Assembly (NCBI GenBank): GCA_035267645.1
Contig: DATFLN010000034.1
Coordinates: 100,505 to 164,504 of the forward strand
Length of the DNA: 64,000 nt
Direction of reading: 5' to 3'
DNA from: Gemmatimonadota bacterium
GTDB taxonomy: Bacteria > Gemmatimonadota > Gemmatimonadetes > Palauibacterales > Palauibacteraceae
The notes beneath the pieces were generated by a model, which was not told the origin of the DNA, searched no databases, and saw only the letters and a program-made list of their open reading frames with translations. Position 1 is the first letter of the stretch. The number at the start of each line of letters is the position of its first letter. Positions 53,000-62,319 of the stretch are shown piece after piece. Both the position numbers and the translations under genes were made by a program.

Positions 53000-54991
53000 A
53001 TGGCGAGCTCCTCGTCCGCTCAGGCGCCAGGTCCCCGGGTCCGCTCCGGCTCCGATCCGTTCATCCCGGCCTCGGAGTCGCTCCCCGAGATCACCGTGAA
53101 GGCGGTCATCCTGGGGATCATCTTAGCCCTCGTGCTGGCGGGGGCCAACGCCTACCTGGGCCTGTTCGCCGGGATGACGGTCTCGGCCTCGATCCCGGCG
53201 GCCGTGATCTCCATGGGGATCCTGCGGATGTTCAGGACCTCGAACATCCTGGAGAACAACATCGTCCAGACCTGCGCCAGCGCCGGCGAGTCGCTGGCGG
53301 CCGGCGTCATCTTCACGATCCCGGCGCTCGTGCTCCTGGGCACGTGGACGCGCTTCGACTTCGTGCAGGTGACCCTGATCGCGGGCTTCGGCGGCATCCT
53401 GGGCGTCCTGTTCACCGTGCCGCTGCGGCGGGCCCTCATCATCGAGCAGGACCTCCAGTTCCCGGAGGGGATCGCCTGCGCCGAGGTGCTCGAGACGGGC
53501 GAGCGCGGCGGCTCGGGGGTCAAGTTCGTGGCCGGCGCGGCCATCATTTCGGCCCTGTTCAAGCTGTCTCAGACGGGCTTCCGACTGTGGAGCGAGACCG
53601 CCGAGTGGGCATCGGGCATCTTCGGCCGGAAGAGCCTGTTCTACGTGGGGACGAACCTCTCGCCCGCGCTCGTGGCCGTGGGCTACATCGTCGGCCTCAA
53701 CATCGCGGTCCTCGTGTTCGCGGGCGGCATCCTGAACTGGTGGGTGGCCATCCCGATCGTCACGTGGATCCACGGGGGCCTCCCCGCCGGGCAGACGGCC
53801 GCCGAGCACGCGGGGGCGATCTGGTCGGCCCAGACCCGCTACCTGGGCGTCGGCGCCATGGTGATCGGCGGGCTGTGGGCCCTGGTCCGCATGGGCGGGA
53901 GCGTCACGACCGGCATCACGTCCGGGCTCGAGGCCTACCGGAACCTGAAGGAGGGCGGGGAGGCGGCCAGCCGCACGGACCGGGACATGCCGATGCAGTG
54001 GGTCCTGGGCGTCATCATCGTCTCGATCATCCCCCTCTTCTTCCTGTACCACTACCTGGTCGGCCACCTGGGGATGAGCTTCGCCATGGCCGTGATCATG
54101 GTGCTGGGCGGCTTCCTGTTCTCGGCCGTCTCGGGCTACATGACCGGGCTGGTGGGCTCCTCGAACAACCCGGTCTCGGGCGTCACGATCGCCACGATCC
54201 TGTTCGCCTCGCTCCTCCTCCTGCTCGTGTTCGGCGAGGCGGGAGGGACGGGCGCGGCGGCCGCCATCCTGATCGGCGCCGTGGTGGCGTGCGCGGCGGC
54301 GATCGCGGGCGACAACCTGCACGACCTCAAGACCGGCTACCTGGTCGGCGCGACCCCGTGGAAGCAGCAGGTCATGCTCATCGTGGGGACGGGCGTCTCG
54401 GCTTTCGTGATGGCGCCGGTCCTGAACCTCCTCCTCGAGGCGTACGGGATCGGGCCGCAGACGGCGGCGCACCCGCAGTCGCTCACGGCCCCGCAGGCCA
54501 CGCTCATGGCCTCGGTGGCGCAGGGCGTGTTCGAGGGCGGGCTGCCGTGGGCGATGGTGTTCATCGGGATGGGCCTGGCGGTGGCGATCATCCTCTTCGA
54601 CCGGTGGCTCGAGAAGCGGGGCTCGACCTTCCGGGCGCCGGTCCTGGCGGTGGCGGTCGGGATCTACCTCCCGCTCGAGCTGTCGGTGCCGATCATGATC
54701 GGCGGCCTGGTGTCGCTCTTCGTCAAGCGCGCCCTGAAGGGCCGGCACGGATCGGCCTCCCCCCAGGAGCGCCAGGAGATCCAGCAGCGGGGCCTCCTCC
54801 TCTCCTCGGGGCTCATCACGGGCGAGGCGCTGGTGGGGATCTTCATGGCGATCCCGATCGTCGTCGCCGGGCGCTCGGACGTCCTGGCCTTCTGGGGCGT
54901 GCACGGCTCGGCGCTCCCGGGCCTCGTCCTCCTGGCGCTGGTGGTGTGGGGGATGTACCGGGTGGCCGCTCCGAAGGAGGGTCGCGCCTGA
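53000..54991 (+). CDS. OPT-family oligopeptide transporter
   Basis: 663 aa, about 16 TM helices. Blocks LPEITVKAVILG, GMTVSASIPAAVISM, NNIVQT.ASAGESLA.GVIFT.PAL and DLKTGYLVGATP. Confidence 0.9.
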   Translation: MASSSSAQAPGPRVRSGSDPFIPASESLPEITVKAVILGIILALVLAGANAYLGLFAGMTVSASIPAAVISMGILRMFRTSNILENNIVQTCASAGESLAAGVIFTIPALVLLGTWTRFDFVQVTLIAGFGGILGVLFTVPLRRALIIEQDLQFPEGIACAEVLETGERGGSGVKFVAGAAIISALFKLSQTGFRLWSETAEWASGIFGRKSLFYVGTNLSPALVAVGYIVGLNIAVLVFAGGILNWWVAIPIVTWIHGGLPAGQTAAEHAGAIWSAQTRYLGVGAMVIGGLWALVRMGGSVTTGITSGLEAYRNLKEGGEAASRTDRDMPMQWVLGVIIVSIIPLFFLYHYLVGHLGMSFAMAVIMVLGGFLFSAVSGYMTGLVGSSNNPVSGVTIATILFASLLLLLVFGEAGGTGAAAAILIGAVVACAAAIAGDNLHDLKTGYLVGATPWKQQVMLIVGTGVSAFVMAPVLNLLLEAYGIGPQTAAHPQSLTAPQATLMASVAQGVFEGGLPWAMVFIGMGLAVAIILFDRWLEKRGSTFRAPVLAVAVGIYLPLELSVPIMIGGLVSLFVKRALKGRHGSASPQERQEIQQRGLLLSSGLITGEALVGIFMAIPIVVAGRSDVLAFWGVHGSALPGLVLLALVVWGMYRVAAPKEGRA

Positions 54992-55011
54992 GGGCGTGAG
55001 TCCGTGAGCCC

Positions 55012-56628
55012 GTGAGTGAGGCCCCCCGCGGGGCCCCGGCGTCGCCGTGGGCCCCGCTCCGGCACCCGACGTTCCGGGCCATCTGGGCGGCCAACGTGGT
55101 CTCGTACATCGGGACCTGGGTGCAGCAGGTGGCGGCCCAGTGGCTCATGACCGACCTGGCCCCCGATCCTGTCATGGTGGCCCTGGTCCAGGCCGCGACC
55201 GGCCTGGCCATGTTCACGCTGGTCGTCCCGGCCGGCGCGCTGGCGGACCTGGTGGACCGGCGGAAGGTCCTCATCGGCTGCCAGGTGTGGCAGCTCCTGG
55301 CCGCGGCCGGCCTCGGGGTGCTCACCGTGGGCGGGTGGGTGACCCCCTGGACCCTCCTCCTGTTCACCCTCCTTCTGGGGTTCGGCGCGGCGGTGAACCA
55401 GCCCGCCTGGAACGCGGTCCTCCCCGAGCTCGTCCCGCGCGAGGAGCTCCCCTCCGCCATCGTCTCGACCAGCGTGGGCGTCAACGTGGCGCGGGCCGTG
55501 GGCCCCGCGCTCGGCGGCGCGCTGGTGGCGTCGGTGGGAGCCGGCGCGGCCTTCCTGGCCAACGCGGCATCGTACCTGGGGCTGGTCGGGGTGCTGGCGC
55601 GATGGCGACGCCCGGCCGAGGACACGGGGCTCCCCGCGGAGCCCTTCCCGGGCGCCGTGCGCGCCGGCCTCCGCTACGTGCGCCACACGCCGCAGATGGT
55701 CTCCGTGCTGGTGCGCGTGGGCCTGTTCGTGTTCGCGGGAAGCGCGCTGTGGGCTCTCCTCCCGCTCGTCGCCCGGGCCAGGCTCGGTCTCTCGGCCGGG
55801 GGCTTCGGCCTGGTGGTGACGGCGTTCGGGCTGGGCGCGGTGGCCGGCGCGGCGGCGCTCGGGCCGCTCCGCCGCAGGCTCAGCATGGACCTGGTGGTCA
55901 CGGTCTCGACGATCGTCTTCGGCCTGTCCCTGGCGGCCGTGGGCGAAGTCCGGCTCTTCCTCCCCTTCCTGGGCGTGGCCTTCGTGGCCGGCGGGGCGTG
56001 GCTCAACCTGCTCTCCGGCTACAACACGGCGGCCCAGACCGTCCTCCCCTCCTGGGTCCGGGCCCGCGGCATGTCGCTCTACGTCCTGGTGTTCTTCGGG
56101 GGGACGACGGCCGGCAGCGTGGCGTGGGGCGCGGTGGCCAGCCGCTGGGGCCTCCCGGCGGCGCTGGCGGTCGCCGGCGCGCTCGTCCTCCTGGGCGTCC
56201 TGGCGCGCGGCCGCTGGCGCATCGAGGAGACCGAGGGCCTCGACCTCTCGCCCACGCGCCACTGGCCGGCGCCCATCCTGTGCGAGGACGTCGAGAACGA
56301 GCACGGCCCCGTCCTGGTCACCGTGGAGTACGCGGTGGCGCCAGGCCGGCACCGGGCGTTCGAGGAGGCCATGGCGGACGTGGGCCGGCGACGCCGGCGG
56401 AGCGGGGCGTACTACTGGGAGCTGTTCGAGGACTCCTCGGAGCCCGGCCGCTACACCGAGATCTTCCTGGTCGAGTCGTGGGCGGAGCACCTCCGCCAGC
56501 ACGGGCGGGTCACGGGGCTGGACCGCCAGGCGGAGGCGAGGGCGCAGGAGAACCTGGAGCCGGGGAGCCGGCCTGTCATCCGCCACCACCTGGCCGCGAC
56601 GGGGCGGCGTCCCGGGGGGTCTCGTTGA
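55012..56628 (+). CDS. MFS transporter (EntS/MFS_3-like) with a C-terminal soluble extension
   Basis: Opens with FRAIWAANVVSYIGTWVQQVAAQWLM and has 12 TM-like segments. The C-terminal ~130 aa (PVLVTVEYAVAPGRHRAFEEAM...YTEIFLVESWAEHLRQH) looks like an antibiotic-biosynthesis-monooxygenase/Dabb-like fold. Confidence 0.85.
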   Translation: MSEAPRGAPASPWAPLRHPTFRAIWAANVVSYIGTWVQQVAAQWLMTDLAPDPVMVALVQAATGLAMFTLVVPAGALADLVDRRKVLIGCQVWQLLAAAGLGVLTVGGWVTPWTLLLFTLLLGFGAAVNQPAWNAVLPELVPREELPSAIVSTSVGVNVARAVGPALGGALVASVGAGAAFLANAASYLGLVGVLARWRRPAEDTGLPAEPFPGAVRAGLRYVRHTPQMVSVLVRVGLFVFAGSALWALLPLVARARLGLSAGGFGLVVTAFGLGAVAGAAALGPLRRRLSMDLVVTVSTIVFGLSLAAVGEVRLFLPFLGVAFVAGGAWLNLLSGYNTAAQTVLPSWVRARGMSLYVLVFFGGTTAGSVAWGAVASRWGLPAALAVAGALVLLGVLARGRWRIEETEGLDLSPTRHWPAPILCEDVENEHGPVLVTVEYAVAPGRHRAFEEAMADVGRRRRRSGAYYWELFEDSSEPGRYTEIFLVESWAEHLRQHGRVTGLDRQAEARAQENLEPGSRPVIRHHLAATGRRPGGSR

Positions 56629-56711
56629 CACGGCGGGCGTGAGCGCTCGACATTCTCCCCGCGAGCGATCCTGATTTCCCCCATGGCGATGCAGCGGCCG
56701 GACCTTTCACC

Positions 56712-59225
56712 GTGAACTTCTCCAGAGCCCTCTTCGGACTCCTCCTCGGCCGGCGCCTGCCCCGGACCTCGGGGGAGCTGCGGGTGGAGGGGCTCGGCGG
56801 GCCGGTCTCGATCCGGCGCGACCGGTGGGGGATCCCGCACGTCGTGGCGGGCTCGGACGAGGACGCGGCCTTCGCCCTGGGCTTCCTGCAGGGCCAGGAC
56901 CGGCCGTTCCAGCTCGAGATGCTGCTCCGCACCGTGCGGGGGACGGCGGCCGAGGCCATCGGGAAGGCGGGCCTCCCCATCGACCGGCTCTCGCGGAGGA
57001 TCGGCTTCCGCCGGGGGACCGCGGAGCAGCTCGAGACGCTGGAGCCCGGGCCCCGGAGCTTCATCGAGGGCTTCTGCCGGGGGGTCGGCGCGGCCTACGA
57101 GCGCGGCCTGCCGCGGCGCTCGCACGGGCACGCGATCGCCCGCATCGCCCCGACGCCGTGGGAGCCCTCCGATGCCATGGCCATCCACCGGCTGGCCAGC
57201 TTCGTCCTGCCCTCCAACTGGGACAGCGAGCTCGTGCGGCTCCGCATGCTCGTGGACGACGGGCCCGAGGCCGTGCGGAGCCTCTCGGGCGCCTACGCGG
57301 ACTGGCTCCCGCTGGAGACCACCGGCCGGGCGGCGGTCCGCGAGGTGCTGGACGCCGTGGAGGGCGACCTGGAGCGGCTCGCCGCGGCCGTGGGGGCGGG
57401 TGGAGCCTCCAACGCCTGGGCGCTGTCCGGGGCGCGCACCGCCTCCGGACGGCCGCTGGTCGCCAACGACCCCCACCTGGCCCCGCAGCTCCCGCCGCAC
57501 TGGTACCTGACCCACGTCCGGACGCCGGAGTGGGAGGTGGCCGGCGCGAGCTTCGTGGGGATGCCCTTCTTCCTGTCGGGACACAACGGACGGGTGGCGT
57601 GGGGCGTGACCGCGGGGCTGGTCGACAACACGGACTTCTTCCTCGAGCGGCTGGACGGCGACCGGGTGCGCCGCGGGGACGGGTGGGAGGCCTGCCGCCG
57701 CTGGACGGAGACCATCCGGGTGAGGGGAGGGGGCCAGGTCGAGGAGGAGATCGTCGAGACGCCGCGCGGCCCGGTGGTCGGCCCGGCCCTGCGGGGCGCG
57801 GACGTGGAGGACACCGGGCTTCCCGGCGGCGGAGGGTCCGAGCCCGGCCGCCTGGCCCTCGCCCTCCGCGCCACGTGGCTCGAGCCGCGGCCCCTGGGCG
57901 GGTTCCTCCTGGCGCACCGCGCCCGGAGCTTCGAGGAGCTGCGCGGGCTCTTCCGCGAGTGGCCTACCGTCTCCTTCAGCGTGGTGGGCGCCGACCTGGA
58001 GGGGATGATCGGCTGGCAGCTCGTGGGAGAGGCGCCCGTGCGGAAGGGCGGGTGGGGGACCCTGCCGGCTCCCGGCTGGGACCCGCGTAGCGGCTGGGAG
58101 GAGGACCGCGTGCCGTTCGAGGCCATGCCCCGGCGCGTGGACCCGGAGGAGGGCTTCGTGGTCTCGGCCAACAACAAGCCCGCCGAGGACGGCCCGGAGC
58201 GGCCGTGGCTCGGCATCGACTGGATCGACGGCTATCGCGCGGCCCGGATCGAGGAGGCGCTGGCCGAGCGCTCGGACTGGGACGTCGCGTCGTGCCTGGC
58301 GCTGCAGCGGGACGTCGTCTCGCTCCCGTGGCGGGAGATCCGGGAGGACGTGCTGGCGCTGGCCGCGGAAGCGCTGGCCGGGGAAGCGCCGGCCGGGGAG
58401 GCGCCGGCCGGGGAGGCGCCGGCCGGGGAGGCGCTGCCCGGGGAGGCGCCGGCGGCGAGCGCGGCGGCCGCGGCCGGAGCGGAAGGCTCCGGCGACCGCG
58501 ACCTCCGCCTGGGGCTCGAGCTCCTGCGGGCCTGGGACGGCCGCATGACGCCGGACTCGCCCGGGGCCAGCGTGTACGAGCTGGTGAACGCCGGGCTCGT
58601 CACCCGCCTGGTCCACGCCCGGGCGCCGCGCGCCTCGGCCTGGATCCTCGGCCGCGGCTTCCATCTCCTCACGCCGCGGAGCTTCTTCGCCCGGAAGGGC
58701 CAGGCGCTCCTCGCCCGGCTCCTCCGCGAGCGGGCCGAGGGATGGCTGGAGGCGCCGTGGCGGGAGGCGGTGGCCGCCTCCGTGCGCGAGGCGGTGGCGC
58801 GCCTCCGGACCGACGCGGGCGGCGACCCGTCCGGCTGGGCCTGGGGCGAGGTCCGGGAGCTCGTCCTCGAGCACCCGCTGGGCGAGGTGGGGCCGCTGGG
58901 CCGGGTCTTCGACCTGCGGCCGGCATCGATCGGCGGGGACACGCAAACGGTGACCCAGGCCGCGGCGCTCCCGCTGGATCCGCTGGGGCCGGCCTCGGCC
59001 ATCCCGTCCCTGCGCGCGGCCATCCCGCTCGGCGACCCCGAGGGGGCCCGATTCGCTCTCCCCGGCGGCCAGTCGGGGAACCCGTGCTCGCCCCACTACG
59101 ACGACATGCTCGAGCCGTGGCGGACGGGCACGGGCGTCCCGATCCCGTGGTCGGAGGAGAGCGTGCGGCGGGCGGCGGTCGAGGCGCTGGACCTGGTGCC
59201 CGGGGACGGGGCCGCCGGGGCGTGA
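56712..59225 (+). CDS. Penicillin acylase family (S45 Ntn-hydrolase) protein, e.g. acyl-homoserine-lactone acylase-like
   Basis: Blocks RDRWGIPHV, GFLQGQDRPFQLE, the self-cleavage/nucleophile site GGASNAWA, ANDPHL, and C-terminal GQSGNPCSPHYDD. Confidence 0.9.
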   Translation: MNFSRALFGLLLGRRLPRTSGELRVEGLGGPVSIRRDRWGIPHVVAGSDEDAAFALGFLQGQDRPFQLEMLLRTVRGTAAEAIGKAGLPIDRLSRRIGFRRGTAEQLETLEPGPRSFIEGFCRGVGAAYERGLPRRSHGHAIARIAPTPWEPSDAMAIHRLASFVLPSNWDSELVRLRMLVDDGPEAVRSLSGAYADWLPLETTGRAAVREVLDAVEGDLERLAAAVGAGGASNAWALSGARTASGRPLVANDPHLAPQLPPHWYLTHVRTPEWEVAGASFVGMPFFLSGHNGRVAWGVTAGLVDNTDFFLERLDGDRVRRGDGWEACRRWTETIRVRGGGQVEEEIVETPRGPVVGPALRGADVEDTGLPGGGGSEPGRLALALRATWLEPRPLGGFLLAHRARSFEELRGLFREWPTVSFSVVGADLEGMIGWQLVGEAPVRKGGWGTLPAPGWDPRSGWEEDRVPFEAMPRRVDPEEGFVVSANNKPAEDGPERPWLGIDWIDGYRAARIEEALAERSDWDVASCLALQRDVVSLPWREIREDVLALAAEALAGEAPAGEAPAGEAPAGEALPGEAPAASAAAAAGAEGSGDRDLRLGLELLRAWDGRMTPDSPGASVYELVNAGLVTRLVHARAPRASAWILGRGFHLLTPRSFFARKGQALLARLLRERAEGWLEAPWREAVAASVREAVARLRTDAGGDPSGWAWGEVRELVLEHPLGEVGPLGRVFDLRPASIGGDTQTVTQAAALPLDPLGPASAIPSLRAAIPLGDPEGARFALPGGQSGNPCSPHYDDMLEPWRTGTGVPIPWSEESVRRAAVEALDLVPGDGAAGA
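58371..58450 (+). repeat. In-frame 15-nt tandem repeat (about 5 copies) encoding (A-L/P-A-G-E)n inside the penicillin-acylase-family gene
   Basis: The nucleotide repeat is gcgc(c/t)g(g/c)ccggggag. The protein reads EALAGEAPAGEAPAGEAPAGEALPGEAPAA. Confidence 0.9.
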
Positions 59226-59259
59226 GCGCGGCGACGACGGTGAGCGGGCGGGGACGACG

Positions 59260-60369
59260 GTGACCGACCGGCCCTTTCCCTCGTTCGACGCTCTCGAAGG
59301 GCGGTTCGAGGAGATCTGGACCTGCGATCCGGTGGACGAGGAGACGGGCGAGGTGATCGGACGCTCCCGCGAGGGGCGGCCCCTCCGGGCGTTCCGGTTC
59401 GGGACCGGACCGCTCCGCGTGAGCCTCCTGGCCGGCTGTCACGCCGACGAGCCGGTGGGCCCGCGGCTCCTGCGCCGGCTGGCCGCCCACCTGGCGGACC
59501 TCCCCGCCGGCGACCCCCTCCTGGCCACGGCCGAGTGGTGGGTCCTCCCGCACGTGAACCCGGACGGGGCGGTGCGGAACGGCGCCTGGCAGCGCCCGGA
59601 CGGGTCCGGGCCCGAGGCGCACGGCCGGGCAGAGCCGGAGGCGTACGACCCCGGCCTCTACCTCCGGCACGTCGAGCGCGAGGCCCCGGGCGACGACGTC
59701 GAGTTCGGGTTTCCCCGCGGCCCCCGGGACGAGGAGGCGCGCCCGGAGAACCGGGCGGCCCGGAGCTGGTGGCGCGGCGCCCCGGGGCCGTTCGCCCTCC
59801 ACGTCTCCCTCCACGGCATGGCCACCGGGACCGGCCCCTGGTACCTGGTCGAGCCCGGGTGGCTCGGCCGGCCGGAGCTGGAGCGGCTCCTCGAGCGTTG
59901 CCGCGTCTCGGCCTCCCACGCCGGCTACGGCCTCCACGACGTCGAGCGCGCCGGCGAGAAGGGCTTCCACCGGATCGACCGGGGCTTCGCGACCCGGCCC
60001 AACCACGTCTCCATGCGCGAGCACTTCCTGGCGGCCGGCGATCCGGGGACCGCAGCGCGCTTCCGCCCCAGCTCCATGGAGACGGTGCGGGCGCTGGGCG
60101 GGGATCCGCTCACCCTGGTCTCCGAGGTCCCGCTGTTCACGGTCCAGCAGGCGGACGAGGCTCCGGAGGCGTGGCGCGAGCGGCTCCGGGGCTGGGCCGC
60201 CGCTCTGCGCACGGGAGAGGGGGAGGCCGACGGGGACGTCCTCGCCGCGGTCCGGGACGCGGGGCTCCGTCCCGTCCCGGTCGTGGACCAGATGCGGCTC
60301 CAGTGGGCGTTCGTGTGCGCGGGCCTGGAGGCCGCGGCGCGGCGGCGGGAGGCGGCCGGGGCGGCGTAG
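59260..60369 (+). CDS. M14-family zinc carboxypeptidase-like protein
   Basis: SLLAGCHADEPVG (HxxE zinc motif), LPHVNPDG and LHVSLHGM (third ligand). GTG start at 59260. Confidence 0.75.
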   Translation: MTDRPFPSFDALEGRFEEIWTCDPVDEETGEVIGRSREGRPLRAFRFGTGPLRVSLLAGCHADEPVGPRLLRRLAAHLADLPAGDPLLATAEWWVLPHVNPDGAVRNGAWQRPDGSGPEAHGRAEPEAYDPGLYLRHVEREAPGDDVEFGFPRGPRDEEARPENRAARSWWRGAPGPFALHVSLHGMATGTGPWYLVEPGWLGRPELERLLERCRVSASHAGYGLHDVERAGEKGFHRIDRGFATRPNHVSMREHFLAAGDPGTAARFRPSSMETVRALGGDPLTLVSEVPLFTVQQADEAPEAWRERLRGWAAALRTGEGEADGDVLAAVRDAGLRPVPVVDQMRLQWAFVCAGLEAAARRREAAGAA

Positions 60370-60492
60370 GACGGCCCGCAGCGCCGAGGTGCGCCCCGGG
60401 GGGATCGGAAGGATTTGCACAACTCCGCACCTGATGCCGGGCTTTCCCTTCGGCACACCACCTGAGTCCCCTCTCCACAACCACTTCGTGCA

Positions 60493-60507
60493 TGGCACGT
60501 GTCTGGC
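60493..60507 (+). promoter_or_regulatory. Sigma-54-type promoter upstream of the S1 protease gene
   Basis: The sequence TGGCACGtgtcTGGCc has a perfect -24 element with correct spacing, and a -12 element TGGC instead of TTGC (the GC is kept). It lies about 135 nt upstream of ATG 60643. Confidence 0.45.
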
Positions 60508-60642
60508 CCGAATTAGGGCCGGACGCGCCCGGACCGCGTGGTCCGGAGCGCTTCCCGGGCGGCCTCCCCGGGAGGGGTGGTCCGCCGATGTTGAGCCGGG
60601 TCTAGACCGGGCGACCGTTCCTCGGACACGCGAGAGGTGCAC

Positions 60643-62211
60643 ATGAGCCCCCGCAACCGTCTCCTCGGAGTCCTCCTGGCCGGGACCACCGTCCTGGCCG
60701 CAGCCTGCGAGCGGCCGCCCACGGCGCCCGCCGGCTCCTCGGCCGCCCCCTCGGTGGCGGGACGCCAGCAGGCCGCGCCCGCCCGGGGCATCGACCAGCA
60801 CGCCCTGGGACAGGCGATTCCCGCCTTCGGCGGATTCTTCCTGGACGACGGCGTGCCGACCGCCTTCCTGACGGACCGCTCGAAGCGGAGCGACGTGGCG
60901 CGGGCGGTCTCGGGCTACCTGGCCGCGCGCGGCTTCTCGGCCTCCGAGCTCCGGGCGGAGCAGGCCCGCTTCTCCTACCGGCAGCTCGAGAGGTTCTTCG
61001 ACCGGGCGGGTCCCGCGGTGTTCGCGGGCCCGGGCGGCGTGTTCGCCGACGTGGACGAGGCCCACGACCGGGTCACGCTGGGGGTGGAGGACGCGTCGTC
61101 GGCGGGCCGCGTTCGGGCCGCGGTGGCGCGGCTCGGCCTCCCCGACGGCGCGGTCGAGGTCGTGGTCACGCCGCCGATCCACCCGGTCAAGAGCCTCCGG
61201 GACCGCTTCGACCCGGTGCCGGGCGGCGTGCAGATCCACTTCGGCAACTACCTGTGCTCGATCGGGGTCATCGCGGAGTCGGGCGGGCAGCGGGGCTTCG
61301 TCACGGCGTCGCACTGCACGGACCGCCAGGGCGGCGTCGAGGGCACGCAGTACTACCAGCCGCTGAGCAGCGTGGACGGGACCGTGATCGCCGTCGAGGC
61401 GCAGGACCCCGACTACGTCCGCGGCGGGAGCTGCTACCAGGGCTCCAAGTGCCGCTACAGTGACGCCTCGTTCGCGGCCTCGACCGACGCGCGCTCCTTC
61501 GCGCTCGGCGAGATCGCGCAGACCGACGGCCTCGGGTCGCTGACCTGGAACGGCTCGTACTGGAACATCACGGCCAAGGCCGACGGCAACGGCGTGGTGG
61601 GCGACAGCCGCAGCAAGGTGGGCCGGACGACCGGCTACACGGCCGGGACGCTGACCCGGAGCTGCGTGGACACCGGCGTGTCGGGCTCCAACGTCGTCCT
61701 CCTCTGCCAGGACTGGGTCCAGGCGAGCGACGCGATCGTGCAGGGCGGCGACAGCGGCTCGGACGTGTTCCGGGTGTCGAGCGGCTCGGACGTCACCTGG
61801 TGGGGCGGCCTGTGGGGCGGGAGCTCCGACGGGACGACCTTCATCTACAGCCCCGCGTCCAACATCGAGCGCGAGCTGGGCACGCTGGCCGTGACGAGCG
61901 GCAGCGGCGGCGGCGGCGGTGGCGGCGGAGGCGGGGGCGGCGGGTCCGCCACCGTGAGCGCCTCGTTCACCTACAGCTGCCACTTCGGCGACTGCTCCTT
62001 CGACGCGTCGGGCTCGACGGGCGCCGGCTCGTACGGCTGGGACTTCGGGGACGGGTCGATGGGGACCGGCGTCACCACGAGCCACACCTACGTGGCCGAC
62101 GGGAGCTACACGGTGACCCTCACGGCCACCGCGTCGGACGGGACGACGAGCGACACGTCCAGCCAGACCATCGTGTGCCAGACCAGGGGGCCCCACCTGC
62201 AGTGCAAGTAG
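60643..62211 (+). CDS. Secreted S1-family (alpha-lytic/streptogrisin-like) serine protease lipoprotein with poly-Gly linker and C-terminal PKD domain
   Basis: Lipobox LAAAC, catalytic His in FVTASHCT and catalytic Ser in QGGDSGSDVF. Thirteen consecutive Gly are followed by a PKD-like module (FDASGSTG.GSYGWDFGDGS..G....HTYVADGSYTVTLTAT). I prefer ATG 60643 (GAGAGG upstream) over GTG 60637. Confidence 0.85.
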   Translation: MSPRNRLLGVLLAGTTVLAAACERPPTAPAGSSAAPSVAGRQQAAPARGIDQHALGQAIPAFGGFFLDDGVPTAFLTDRSKRSDVARAVSGYLAARGFSASELRAEQARFSYRQLERFFDRAGPAVFAGPGGVFADVDEAHDRVTLGVEDASSAGRVRAAVARLGLPDGAVEVVVTPPIHPVKSLRDRFDPVPGGVQIHFGNYLCSIGVIAESGGQRGFVTASHCTDRQGGVEGTQYYQPLSSVDGTVIAVEAQDPDYVRGGSCYQGSKCRYSDASFAASTDARSFALGEIAQTDGLGSLTWNGSYWNITAKADGNGVVGDSRSKVGRTTGYTAGTLTRSCVDTGVSGSNVVLLCQDWVQASDAIVQGGDSGSDVFRVSSGSDVTWWGGLWGGSSDGTTFIYSPASNIERELGTLAVTSGSGGGGGGGGGGGGGSATVSASFTYSCHFGDCSFDASGSTGAGSYGWDFGDGSMGTGVTTSHTYVADGSYTVTLTATASDGTTSDTSSQTIVCQTRGPHLQCK

Positions 62212-62319
62212 GGCGGGGCCCGTGGCGCTCCGGATCGAGGCGGGCTGACCCCGCGCCCGCGGGAAGCGGCCGGAGGCGACGCTTCGGGCCGATCCGGCTG
62301 AACGGCCGCTGCCGTCCTC

